From the NCBI RefSeq assembly GCF_964355755.1, contig NC_092673.1, positions 9,548,001-9,612,000 on the forward strand: a stretch of 64,000 nt of DNA. The letters are read 5' to 3'. The notes under the pieces are model-generated. The model did no database searches. It had not been told where the DNA came from and worked only from the letters and a program-made list of their open reading frames with translations. The DNA is from Antedon mediterranea (Eukaryota > Animalia > Echinodermata). Shown here in pieces: positions 24,535-38,400 of the stretch. The translations under genes and the position numbers were made by a program. Every line of letters starts with the position of its first letter. Position 1 is the stretch's first letter.

Positions 24535-26359
24535 TAAATACAAATTGTTTGTAAATTGTAGTATCCTTTGGGTTTAAAAAACATTAATTTTGCCATGTTC
24601 GAAACCTGCCGCGATTGATCTACACTAATGTTTTTAGCATTTTATGACCTGTAGTAGAAAACAACAACTAGTTGTTGTCTCAGCCTACATGTTAAATTAC
24701 GGCAAGGATACTAGGCCCAGGCCTTTTAGGCTTACTAGTAAACCCTATGATTTGCCGACATCGATGTAGGCCTACTGTAGGTATGCCTATTGTTAGACTA
24801 ATCTTAGGTGTAGTAGCTACAACGTGTAATCATAATCTACATACTCATCGTTGTCTACTTCTTGTTGGAATAATAATACAGTAATAGACAAGGTACTTTT
24901 ATGCTTCATTTGTTCATCTACTTTTCAAAACGAAACGAGCGCTAGAGAGTAGTAGAGTCAGTGGTGACGTATCGCAACTATACATAGCCAGCCAATCCCA
25001 GATCAGGGATCGCAGTTTTTATTCAATTAGGCCTGGTGATTGGATGTGATGTGGATGACATAACCCCTAGTCAATCACCAGGCACTACAATTTAAATATA
25101 ATCACATCGATAATTAAGGAGATTCATGAAGAAACCACTGCTTAGCAATATATTAAAACACGTTTGTTGTACTTGTGACACAGTAAAAACATACATGGTG
25201 AAATGCATAATTTAATACTCTATAGATTAACGCAATTTGTAATGACAGGAGGTGGAATGCCAATATGATAATTCAAATATAAAAATTGTATATTTTATTA
25301 ATATTACCAACTACTTAAAATTACCCGTCGTAAGAAAGTGAACTTTTCTTGTCCGATTGTGATGAAATTAAAACAGAATTGTTCAGCAATATATTGTTGT
25401 TGTCGATTAATCATCAATGCAGACATGTCAATAGAAGAATTAAACTGCGCATACGATTTCTACATGGCTACGCAAAAAATGTAACAGTCAATTCGCAGCG
25501 TTCTATAGAGGGCCGCAGTTAGAGACACAGAGTTCAATGAGCATGTTTGTTTGATTGGCAGCAGTGCTTTAGTATAGGCAAGCGCGTTGGAAAATCGTTT
25601 GATGTCACCGTCGATGCATATCCTTCTATTCTTTAATCCATGGTAGTATGTACTGTAAAATCCGTAGTTTATGATAAGTCAGTCTGCACATGCTCAGAAA
25701 CATGTTGGTTGTTGTTAATTGACCACTTTGGACGAGTTAGGTTATCCGCACAAACGAAACATGCATGTTGTATATTAAAATACAAGTGCGGAAAGTTAAT
25801 TTTATTAATTTAATTATTAACATTAATGTATAATACTAGTATTGTTAATGTTAGGTGCTGTGTTCTTTGTAGGGCGCCATATAAAATAGAATTTACAGTA
25901 TAGGTAAATTACAGGATTCACCTACATTATACTTTTGTAATATGATTGATGACATATAAAACATACGGTATATATTAAAACACTAAAAAAAGAGGCAAAA
26001 AATGACAGTAATCTGAAGTTTCAGCGACCAGGTTTCGCGAGTTGCTACGTCATGTATCAACCTCTTCTGCCGCAATGGCAGGATCTACAAATACCATGCA
26101 AAATCAAAACAGTGTTTAATCTCAGCAGCCGGCCAACCGTATCGACTGCTAACAGCATTGGAGTTTTAATTAATTTAACTTATTCCTGGAACATAATGTA
26201 TTTCATAATTCACGGTTATCTCACCGAGTAAAATGCGTGGCCATTGATATCAATTCTTATGCAGTAGAGTTGAGTTTGAATCCCCAAAACTGTTTTAATC
26301 CCCAAAACTGTTTGATATGGTATATTTTATTTTTATGTATGAGGTCATTAAAATTAATG

Positions 26360-26760
26360 ATTTAGATCACCCTATCTCACCGATGGACCAAAATTAGTAC
26401 AAACATAGAAGTGTGTGAGGAAATAACAAAAAAAAACCAAAAACTGATAAAATATCAGGTCGGAAAGGTCATGTCAGCCCTGCTTATAGTTACTCCCTCC
26501 AAACACATTAATTTCACCCAATCTCACCCATGAACTAAACTTTGTCAAAATATAGTGGTATGTGAGGAAATAAGAAAAAAATGAAAACTGACAAAATATC
26601 AGGTCGGAAAGGTCATGTCAGACCCCCTTAAAGTGACCCCCTTCACATTAATTTCAACCCATGTCATCCATACCAAATTGGTAAAAACATAGTAGTATTG
26701 TACATATCGCATATCAAAATACCAGGTGGTAAAGGTCATGTCAAAGCCTCTTACAGTTCC
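26360..26760 (+). repeat. Three diverged ~140-bp tandem units
   Basis: Recurring AAAATATCAGGTCGGAAAGGTCATGTCA near 26450, 26595 and 26720. Confidence 0.7.
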
Positions 26761-27889
26761 ATTCTTTTCTACCCCGGCACACCTCCCCCATCCGACATGC
26801 CTTATTCAATTTCATTACGGTTTTATCCGCTCAAACGCAACATACACTTATACGTTAAACTATATGAACATTGACAATTATTATGCCATCCTATGACATG
26901 AAATAAATATGTTTACAGTGCTGAATTACGAGACCCATCTTTTAAATCCAATTATTAACACGAGGACGTCATCAAATTGACATATAAAGATAACTATTTT
27001 AGAAGATAATTATCTAAATAATAACCGTGTTATGTTAAGTCACGTCTCGTCTCTCGGTCATACGTCTGTGGCGGATCGCTCGAGCTGACAAGATGCGCTA
27101 CTACACATTTATCATTTTCTTCTCCCTGCTCTCATCCACATATCCGGGCTAGGCCTGGCCCTAGTCTGATTTACATTTTCGCCGTCGGCAGTTTGTGATG
27201 ATTGTAGGGCCTATGCCAGCGGGAGGGCTACGGGGGCTGTAAACCCTTCGTCGTCGGGAAATATAATATACAGTAAAAATCATTCGCGTTCACTTCGTAG
27301 CTTTAGCGCCTAGAAAACCGCGACGTTCCATTTTTTTAGTACGTCGGACGGAGAGCTATTACACTTTTTTGCATGCATTATTGCCGCCGGCGATCTAATA
27401 AACAATAGGTACGCACTTGTCTGCCGGTGTCCCTTTGTACGGATCGTTTAACATTGGGCCTGGCCCATTGCGGTTTACGAGTGTTCCATCCAGGGACCAG
27501 AATGTGTACTGTTAATTTCCAGGCGAACTTTACCGAAACGTTACGTTGTGTACTGTGTATCGACGTATACGCTATACAGCAAAAGGTTACGAATTATGTT
27601 CTTCTTATGTTTTTTATTTACGATTAACCCTGTACCGTGGGGTACCTAAAATAGACGTTTCACTCTAGGCTCGCCTACATTACTAAACAAACATTTTTCC
27701 AACATCTTATTATAGCTAAGTTATTACATTTCCAAAAATGTCCTGTATGTCATGAACTGCTCATCATACATTAAAGTTCCAGATTAACATCTGGGAAATA
27801 AACTGATTTTCCCCGAAGGGAAATGGTCTACGCTTACAGACGCATTCCCCTCCAAATATTAGGTAAACAGGGTCACTTTTTTAGGCCTT

Positions 27890-28540
27890 TAGGCCTGAAT
27901 TTTTTAAAGTCATAAGTGTAGTTTTTGAAGACCTGCAGCTCTAGTTTTCAAAATTGTCTTAGCTCAATCGTCCCCAATTATAGAGCTGGTCATGGATACT
28001 TATACATTTCGTTTCATATTTCGATGTACAATATACAGTTAGTGCATTGTCTGGGAACATAGAGCTCTCTTTTTTTCAATTTTTTTCCATATTCATGGTA
28101 GGGCTGGTTCTGGAGACGTACCGGTATATATTTTGTTTTATGCTTCGACGTATAATACGTTAAATTTCCGGGACCTAGCAACTCTATTTTTCAAAATGTT
28201 CTTAGCTCCACCCCAACCATGGTGGGCTGGTCCTGTAGACGTATAATTTCGTTTCATTTATCAATATGGGCCTATATAAGTGCAATTTCCAGGTACCTAG
28301 CAGTTCTATTTTGCACAATTTTCTTAGCAGCTCAACCCTAATGGTTGTTGGTTGTTTCTTTTTTTTCGAAATACTATAATCCAATTAAATGTTCTTAGCT
28401 CTATCTCAACCTCGGTGGGCTGGTTCTCTGGTAGACTTGTAATTTCTTTTCATATATCAATGTATAATTGCAATTTCCGGGGACCTAGAGGCTCTATTTT
28501 TCAAAATGTTCTTACAGATCAGCCCATGGGTGTTAGTCTC
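27890..28540 (+). repeat. Diverged ~110-130-bp tandem units, probably a transposon subterminal array (related pieces at 41960-42080 and 43780-43870)
   Basis: Recurring GGGACCTAGCA.CTCTATTTTTCAAAATGTTCTTAGCTC and GGGCTGGT.CT motifs. Confidence 0.6.
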
Positions 28541-30109
28541 GCGCATTTACAATTTTCGCACTCCCATCAGACAGCAACCTGCCTACGCCTCTGCGATTAT
28601 AACGATATACATCTTGGCCCGTCGCACAGTATTTTATCTATATACCATACAAAATGGAAAAAGTTGGCTACCCTAAATCTGATTAAAATTACGCTATGAC
28701 GCGTTGCTTCCGGGGCCGGGGGCCCTTGGCGGCCCCCTGCAATTAAAGTTCAATAAAATTAATAAAATCTGCTACAGAAGGTATGAAGAACAAAAATCAA
28801 TTGCAAAAACCCCTTTTCTCTGCTTTGTATGAGCTGTGCGCACAAGTGCGTGCATAAAATGTGGAAACAAATTATGAACATTTTGAAATTCTCAAAATGG
28901 CCTGAAATGTACGCGAAATTGATTAGAAGTTAATTTTGCGCATTTTGGAATTTCAAATACGCATACTCGCATAATTTTTTGCGTAGCACAGTATTTTTAT
29001 CATGTCAAAAGTTGCTCCATATTATGAAATACACAGTTGTAAAGTTTCATTGAAAAATACATTTTTGTTCAGAATTTATGATCAACCATAAAATTTCATA
29101 AAAATCGTGCGCAACTTACGCTGTTCGACTCTAACATCATATAAGAAAGTTTCCTGCACATCTACACTTCAAGGCCAATCTTTTTACCAAGTTATACAAA
29201 GTTATGTTTACAAGCAAGGGGATATGCTGCACACACAAATCGTGAAAAGAAAGAACTAGATTGAATTCTTCACTTTGACAATGACAAGATTTTGTTATCC
29301 ACGAAAACGCCACATGCACATACATTAAATATGACGCCGACAATTATTATGCCATCCTATTATTATTAAATAATGTTTACAGTGCTGAATTTTACCACTT
29401 TTTTGTCATAAAGCATACTGTAACAGTATTTACGGAATCCACTGTATATTTTATATACAGTGTATAGTTGAAATTATGAGTCCCATCTTTTAAAGACACC
29501 TTCCCTACGTTTTTTAGATCTAATTTAAGATCACAAACTATATTTAATGTAAAAATAATACTATATGGTCCTATTGCGATACCTTTTTTCGTCTTTAAAT
29601 GGTTAAAAATGTGAAAAATAAGTTGATTCTAATAATTATAGCGGCCCGCGGCTATAAATCCCAAAATGCATTGCGCGCGGATTGATATTTTTGTTTTTAT
29701 TTCTGTAATTCACCCACTTTTCGATCGATCGTGAGACCAAAAAGAATGGAAGACTCCAAACTTTTCAACGAAAATACCGGGTTTTCCCCAATTTGTATAA
29801 ACGGAGTCTGACAAAAATAGAAAGACAATAATGCAGCAACTATACAACGTCAGGCTAGGTATATAGCTAGCGTAAGATGTTCGTACCTTACCGATGTTTA
29901 CCAGCTAGGCCTACAAAACTAAGCCTAGCTAGGCTAGGCCTAAAGACCGTCAACGAGAGGTCACTCGCCGCGAACTTAGGTAGTGCATTGTTTCTCACTT
30001 TTTATCATAATTTACAATAAAACGTACTTTTAAGACAAGGAATGACCTGGTTTAATGTTTTGAAAGTAATATATATATATGTATTATTTTTACAAATTTC
30101 AATATAAAA

Positions 30110-30600
30110 TTTAATGACAAAAAGAGAGATCGACGTTTCGGTACCATCATAGAACCATTTTCAAGATCAAGTGAATACAAAACAATAATAATTATGTGCA
30201 CTAAGCACCAAAGTTGGAGACAGGAAATGCTAATTGAGGGCTAATTAAGTAATTAGCTCCTCCTACTGAGTTAGATAAACAATTTAGCTTTTATGGAATC
30301 CGATTGTTTATTGAGTGTAGGTTTTATCTCTTTGATCCACAACATCTCCTTAATTAGGCAATCAAACTTATTGTTGCATTTAGATAAGACCCTAAAGTAT
30401 TCTGAGATATCACCAGTTATGCCATGTTGTTTTAGGTGATCGCCTATAATACTTTTGTTATGTTCATTAATGCGTTTGTAAAGGTGTCGCCAAGTGTAAC
30501 AGACATAGTTTGTATCACACAAACCACATTGAAATTTGTACACAACGCATTGTGAATTAATGATTCTGGGTTTCATTTCTTTAGGTTTTTATTAAGAGTG
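30110..30600 (-). mobile_element. Penelope-like element 3' remnant (GIY-YIG endonuclease + pLTR region)
   Basis: ORF 30271-30576 CVVYKFQCGLCDTNYVCYTWRHLYKRINEH...HLKQH...LIKEMLWIKEIKPTLNKQ; hammerhead motif downstream. Confidence 0.88.
30128..30168 (-). ncRNA. Minimal type I hammerhead ribozyme motif (U3-A8 variant)
   Basis: Minus strand GAUC-UUGAAAA-U-GGU(UCUAUGAUGGU)ACC-GAA-ACGU-C-GAUC: stem I, core, stem II, palindromic stem III, GUC cleavage triplet. Confidence 0.7.
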
Positions 30601-30641
30601 CGCTTTTAGTTTTACAGTAGTATAGGATAGCCTACTGCCTA

Positions 30642-33417
30642 GGGATTACGGTCGAAGCGGCCGCCAACTAAAGCGGCCGCTAGTTCAATAACGGTAATCT
30701 GTATGGAATGCCGTGTGCGCTTTGATTGTCGTTGTTTTGTAATCTTTGATTGTCATTGTTTCGACAGGTTTTCTTTACCTCGGACGTAAATAACAATCTA
30801 CATTATTATGTAATTTATTCTCTTTTTTTTACAGATTGAATGTGATACGCGTACGTTCTTTTAAACGAAATGGCGAGTCGATGATTACTTATTTTAACTG
30901 TTCTAAATAATATACATATGTTTAATAAAGTCTATAAAATACATTGTGGTGTTTATATTGTATATTAATAAAATATAATAATAAGCCAATTATTAAGAAT
31001 TATATATAAATAAACCAATCAATAAAGTAAATCAAAATATATAAATATATTAATAATTTAAAATATTTGTTATTGTATATTAATTAATTAGTAAAGTAAC
31101 TAGTAGTGTTCGCAATCATAATTTAATTACAATAACATGATGACAGCAATTTATTTAATATCCCTACACTATTTTATTACTTCAGATATTTAAATATTGA
31201 TCAATTGAAAATGAGTTTTAAATACTAAAATAAGATGAAAGTGTCTGTTTGATACGGTAATTAATTACGCGAATTTCTGCTAATAACTCGACTGACGGCC
31301 AGCAATAGTGCTGCTGCACATTAGGTGCGCGTCCCATGTTGCTTTATTGAAAACACAAACAATGTATTACAATGGAATAACACTTAAATGTATAACACAC
31401 CCTAATACTAATAATAAAAACCAAGATTCGATAGTACAGTATGTAAATGAGATATAAATATTCGGCAATACCGTACGTAAATTATTATTGCAATACTGTA
31501 TAAAGATTCGATAGTATGTAAACAAGATATAAATATTCGGCAATACCATACGTAAATTATTAATGCAATACTGTATAAAGATTCGATAGTATGTAAACAA
31601 GATATAAATATTCGGCAATACTGTACGTAAATTATTATTTAATGCAATACTGTATAAAGATTCAATTAAGTCTGTAAATGAGATATCAAGATTCGGCAAT
31701 ACCGTACGTAAATTATTAATGCAATACTGTATAAAGATTCGATAGTATGTAAAAATGAGATATAAAAGATTCGGCAATACCGTACGTAAATTATTATGCA
31801 ATACTGTATAAAGATTCAATAGTATGTAAACGAGATATAAAGATTCGGCAATACCGTACGTAAATTATTAATGCAATACTGTATAAAGATTCGATAGTAT
31901 GTCAAATGAGATATCAAGATTCGGCAATACCGTACGTAAATTGTTAATGCAATACTGTATAAAGATTCAATAGTACATACATATGTCAAATGAGATATCA
32001 AGATTCGGCAATACCGTACGTAAATTATTAATGCAATACTGTATAAAGATTCGATAGTATGTAAAAATGAGATATAAAGATTCGGCAATACCGTACGTAA
32101 ATTATTATTGCAATACTGTATAAAGATTCAATAGTATGTAAACGAGATATAAAGATTTGGCAATACCGTATACGTAAATTATTAATGCAATACTGTATAA
32201 AGATTCGATAGTATGTAAAAATGAGATATAAAGATTCGGCAATACCGTACGTAAATTATTATTGCAATACTGTATAAAGATTCAATAGTATGTAAACGAG
32301 ATATAAAGATTTGGCAATACCGTATACGTAAATTATTAATGCAATACTGTATAAAGATTCGATAGTATATAAACGAGGTATAAATATTCGGCAATGACGT
32401 ACGTAAATTATTAATGCAATACTGTATAAGGATTCGATAGTGTATAAACGAGATATAAATATTCGGCAATGACGTACGTAAATTATTATTGCAATACTGT
32501 ATAAAGATTCGATAGTATGTAAACAAGATATAAATATTCGGCAATACCGTACGTAAATTATTAATGCAATACTGTATAAAGATTCGATAGTGTATAAACG
32601 AGATATAAATATTCGGCAATGACGTACGTAAATTATTATTGCAATACTGTATAAAGATTCGATAGTATGTAAACAAGATATAAATATTCGGCAATACCGT
32701 ACGTAAATTATTAATGCAATACTGTATAAAGATTTGATAGTACTGTATGTAAACAAGATATAAAGATTCGGCAATACCGTACGTAAATTATTATTGCAAT
32801 ACTGTATAAAGATTCGATAGTATGTAAATGAGATATAAATATTTGGCAATACCGTACGTAAATTATTATTGCAATACTGTATAAATTTTGATAGTTAAAT
32901 GTAAATGAGATATAAATATTCGGCAATACCGTACATAAATTATTGCAATACTGTATAAAATTCGATAGTTAAATGTAAATGAGATATAAATATTCGGCAA
33001 TACCGTACGTAAATTATTATTGCAATACTGTATAAAATTTGATAGTATGTAAATGAGATATAAAGATTCGGCAATACCGTACGTAAATTATTATTATTGC
33101 AATACTGTATAAGGATTCAATAGTATGTAAACGAGATATAAAGGTTCGGCAAAATATATTTCGATATATGTATTAGTTAATAGTAAATACAAATAAAATA
33201 TACATTGATTTATCGGCAGGCAAACTTAATTATTATAGAAATATAAAGATTTGATAGTACATGAGTTGGCTTATATTTATTTAGCTGTAACTCAACTCGC
33301 CATAGGCCATGGCGTTGACAACGACAATCAAAGATTAAAGCGCACATGGCGTTCCATACAAATGACGATATTAAACTGGCGGCCGCTTTGGTTGGCGGCC
33401 GCTTCGACCATACTCCC
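30642..33417 (+). mobile_element. Unclassified TIR element with 6-bp TSD carrying a 75-bp satellite, copy 2
   Basis: Same TIRs as copy 1; TSD TGCCTA (30636-30641, 33418-33423); about 23 satellite units. Confidence 0.9.
31420..33150 (+). repeat. 75-bp tandem satellite
   Basis: Unit GCAATACTGTATAAAGATTCGATAGTATGTAAATGAGATATAAA(G/T)ATTCGGCAATACCGTACGTAAATTATTA(A/T)T; the same array occurs at 16050-16800. Confidence 0.95.
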
Positions 33418-35437
33418 TGCCTAGGCTACATGCAATATAACCACATACAATATTATTAAGGCATAAAACTTAAAAGACCGTGCGAAGTAGGATGGTGGGT
33501 TACTGAATTACGATCATCTCGGTCGCGTTTCATTTCGGTCGCGTGTCAATTAAGGTCAATTTTCAACAATATCGATCGTGGTGTATGGCGCGTCAATTAT
33601 GCATAAAGCATACGAAAATGGATGCTATTGTAGGATTGAGACTTAACTGTCCGATTTAACTCTCTTTCAGCACTCGGTACGTGTAGCAGTTCGAATTTAT
33701 AAACCTGTTTGCATTTTGTAACGATTTTTATCTATATTTTAAGGACACAACAAGTAGCTTACGAAAACGACTCCAATATGTTAATAATTATGAATGAGTA
33801 AATTGGGAATATTTGTCTGGTGCCAGTTAAAATCAGTGAGAGACTTTACTGAGCTTTTTTATACACTATATTGCACTGAAAGATATTATTACGATTATGT
33901 ATGTAATGTAACATTTTTTAAAAGCATAATGCATTGACGTGTCGCATTATGTCTCGTGCTATTGAATTAGAATGAAACCATATTGCCTGTTGACAACGAG
34001 GACCAACAACGACCTTGAGGGGTCCACAACAGTCTCGAAAACAGAGACCTCGAAAACAGAGACCAGAGACCCCCACTAAAACGTCTCAATATTACGTAAT
34101 ATAGGGGGTCTCTGTTTTCGAGAAAAACTCAAAAACAGAGACCCCACTAAAACGTCTCAATATTAAGTCAATATTATGTTATATTACATAGCCTATGTAA
34201 ATACGCGAACGTGATTGGTTGAAACTGCATCACATGACTACCGCTGCGAGGATCGTAAATCGTATATATCCTCGAGAACGATGATATTGACTGTGTAATT
34301 TTCGCGTAATAATCGTGTCCCCTGTCATTAATCATATAAATTCTCGAGTACGATGATATTGACTGTGTAATTTTCGTGTGCAACACTCGAGTTTGCCGAT
34401 AAATAAACAAAAGTCATCTACTCGATCTTGAACTCGGGTGGAATTGTCACTCCATCGCAAGACAACGTTTCATCCGCTGGGCCACGGAATTTGCTTGAAG
34501 AAATTAATTTTCTAAACTATTTAAGCTATGCATACATAGCGCCCTCATTTGTTATAAGTCCACCCTAAATGTGATGAAACACCGTTTGTGATTGGTCAAT
34601 ACTCACGGTAGTAACCTAGTAACTAGTACGCGCTGAACATCCGGTGATTCGGCTCCTCGAAGATCGAGAGAAGACGAATTCTTTATTCGGCCTACCTGAT
34701 TATAATATTATTATTAATAGGCTTATTGATGGAAATTCTTCTGTTAATTTAAACGACCTAGGCCTAAGTGAATATTTTATTGCCAAGGAATCATTAATTA
34801 GTAATTATCTGTATATTATTCTTCGCAAGGTAAGGTGTCTAGGCAGGCTTGTTTTAAATACAATACAAATACTATAGGAGGCCTAGGCCTAGCCTAGCTT
34901 CACCCAACCCAGCAGACTTGTTCTTGGCTATATAATATAACAGATATTGCCTTTTATATCGGTTAAATATAAGATTTGACATCCCCTCGGGAATGATATT
35001 AAGTTCTCGGGGAATATATATTCCCTCGAACTTAATATCATTCCCTCGGGGATGTCAAATCTTATATTTAACCTCTAAGCAGTCAATATCTGTATAATAT
35101 AGGGGGTCTCTGTTTTCGAGAAAAACTCGAAAACAGAGACCCCCACTAAAACGTCTATTATATTGGGGGTCTCTTTTTTCGAGATTTCCCGAGACCCCCT
35201 AATATAATCCCTGTTTATTAAGAGTGAGTGTGTAATACCCACCAAGCTTGGTCACAAATTATTAACACCCAACTTTTATCGCAAAAACCGTGAATTTATG
35301 TTTATTTATTTATCAATTTTTTTTTTTTTTAATTCATTTCTTTTTTAAGGCTCGCGCGCCCAACACAATATATTTGTCTTCATCCTCCAGTCTGCCTCAA
35401 AGTCTGACCTCATATCATTTTGTTATTGCATTGTACG

Positions 35438-38400
35438 TTATTAGGTGATCATTTAGAATAAAATGATCACCTATTGTTATTGTATGAAATCTTTATTATT
35501 ATTTTTTTTTTTGGTTATCCGCAACGAAGTTGCAGGATAACCTCTTGTGATTGTACGAAATCATCATCATCTTTTTTGTCATCTTCTTTCTTTCTGTATG
35601 ATTTTTGTGTAACGCTTTTCTCTAAAACTTGCAAACATAACATTTTGTTAACTATGTTAACATTTTGACATTCACGTAACGTCGTCAAGCGAAGCTTTTC
35701 ATGATGTTTACAATTGCGCAACGCGACGTACGCGCGATTTAACGATTTTCTCGTATTTAACATATGTCGAAAACCAAATAACATTTTAAAGTGAAACTTT
35801 GCAAAAGTTTAATTTATATCATGCGCTAACTGTCTGTTGAAAAAAAATTGCGTGTTTTAAACAAAGTTACGCGCGCACGCGCATTTAAAATTTCAAAATG
35901 CGCAATATTTATTTCTAATCAACTTTCTACGCGTTTCATGTCGTTTTAAGCATGTAAAAAATTCCCACGCTTGCGCACATTTTTACGTGTGCGGTGCGCA
36001 CGTAGCATTGAAAACATATTTTTTTCGCGTGATTTATGTTTTTCCAGCCTTTTCTAGTAATTTTACCAAATTTTAAACAATTTCGATTTAAAGATACGTC
36101 ATACGAGCACGTCGAATTGGACAATTTGCGCGCGTTTTTTATGAAAAGGTTAAAAAATTCGTTTAAAATATGCCTTTTTTTAAACAGTCGTAATTTCTAA
36201 ACTAGACGGTCAACTTTTTGTGGATGGTATATTCTGGAAGTAGATGAGTTGTAGATATCGGATCAGGTATTAATATGGCTAACCGGACATTGTGACGTCA
36301 TTGTATGGCCACGCGAATATAAAATTTAGGATTTTTGTATCTTTCGTCATAGCTCATTACATTGAATAGAGCGCATCTCCTCTTATCCGTTTTTCATTTT
36401 CACCCCGATTTTGATATTGTCTAGGTCAATCAAGTATCTTTCGCAGGAGTTAAAAATATTTTAATTTTTTTGACGTCATCATGCCTAAAAATTTAAATCA
36501 CGTGTGGCATTAATTTCATCTTTACAGTAAATTTTAATCTGTTATAGCTCATAAGAATAAAATGTGATAATCACGATTAAAACTTTTTCTGGAAGCTATT
36601 GGATTGTAGATACGAAATTATGTAAAAATGTTGCCAATCGGATGTTGTGACGTCATCATATGGCCAGTTAAATAAAAAAGGTCGTATTTTCATCTTTTGC
36701 GTCATAATTCATTACATTTAAAAGAGCGCGCATCAATATTTCACGTATTCAAATTTCTTCTACACGCTAATACGTTGTTGCTGAGATAATTTCCTTTCGG
36801 AATTGCTACCTTCGCATTTCATTTTAAAACAGTCAACATGTTAAAGATTGCAATAAATAGCGGGTCCCATAATTTCACCTATTCTACACTGTATGTGATA
36901 TGGATACAGAGTATACTGTGTATACTATATATGAATTTAAATAATAAAATTCAGCAATAACAACATATCATATTCTTCAGTTCAGGTCATAATGCCAACG
37001 TGAACACTTCCTTTTGTCCTCAACCTATCCCCTTAATGTTAATGTTGCACCACTTGCGCGGCGGATAACCAAACTCGTCAAAGTGACGAGTTACATGTCT
37101 AGTCTTTTTATTGTTTCTGTACACTATTTTGTGTAACAATTATCTCAAAAAGTTTAATGTCAATGATTACCAAAATTTCAGAATATCTTTCAAATAATAT
37201 AAATTAATCCTAATTAGCTTTCCAGCGTGATCACTCATCCATGACGTCATTTATACGCCATTTTGTGAAATCACATTATTAATCATATCTCCATAATTCA
37301 TTATGACATATTAATGAAATTCACTACAGGTAAACTTCAGGTCAAGGGTAAAAATGTTAGCAAATAAAAAGTTGCGCGTTTCAAGGTCATGCACGTGAAA
37401 TCGCGCGTTAAAAATTTAAAACGCGCAAAATTAGGTTTTGATCAATTTAGAGCATGAATTAGGCCATTTGCGCGTTTCAAAAAATTACTGCGCAAAAATG
37501 CGTTTTTGTGCGCACGATTCTTAAAATGCGTAAAAAAATATAATTTGATGTATAAATCACATTCTACTCACAATCCTTAGTACATTCACCAATTTTGAGT
37601 CCATTCCGACTTAAAATAATGCTATACGAGCACGTTAAAAATGACAAAATGCGCACACTAATTGTACAAAAGTGCTAAAAATGGTAAAAAATAAGGACTT
37701 TTTAAAATGAATATAACTCTTCAGAATGGCAGATGACCCCCAATTTTTTTAACTTATTATGGAAGCCAATCAGTTGTAGATACAAATGTATACACATTAG
37801 ACGTACAAAATGGTATGACTTCATCAAATGGCCACTTGAATTTAAAAATTAGGAATTTTTATCTTTTTGTGTGAGTTATCACATTCAATAGAGCGCATCT
37901 CCGTTATTTGAGCCCGATTTTCGCACAACTTTTAGTATGTGCTTGCTCAATTAATTATTCTTCTAATGAGTTGTCAACATTTTTATTTTGATGACGTCAT
38001 CACGCGTAAAAACTTGAAAAACCTAGGTCGTGTAATTTCAGCTACACCATACATTTGAATATCTTATAGCTCTTCAGAATTAAAGGTGACCTTGAAGATT
38101 ATAACTTATCATGAAAGCTGATGAAATGTAGATATGAATTCATATTAAAATTAAGCCTATCGGATGTTGTGATGTTATCATATGGCCAGTTGAAGTTAAA
38201 AAGTAGTTTTTAAATTTCTTTAGTCAAAGTTATACAAATTTCAAAGACCGCGCATTGCGCTTCTACGTGTCAAATTTTCTTCCAATCCTTATATTTATTT
38301 CCTCAATTCATTATCTTTCTAAATTGTCATCTTTGAGTTTATTTTGAAAATTCCATCATACCAAAAAATTAGAACACGATATGAGTCCCGTAATTTCACC

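Larger units (their letters stand above)
23223..25642. mobile_element. P-element-like non-autonomous TIR element
   Basis: 30-bp TIR CATGGATTAA(G/A)GAATAGAAGGATATGCATC, CAT...ATG termini, 7-bp TSD GTAGTAT (23216-23222, 25643-25649). Confidence 0.78.

Noticed and set aside
29489-30100. Complete Kolobok-like element (TTTAAAGACACC start; similar ends near 58710 and 59337)
   Set aside because: Only single termini are seen, with no matching opposite end or TTAA duplication.
31367-32926. Long minus-strand ORFs (up to 196 aa), also 16105-16819
   Set aside because: Artefact of a 75-bp (25-codon) tandem unit lacking stops in some frames; there is no unique coding content.
31420-33150. CRISPR-like array
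   Set aside because: Units are contiguous with no unique spacers, there are no cas genes, and the context is eukaryotic.
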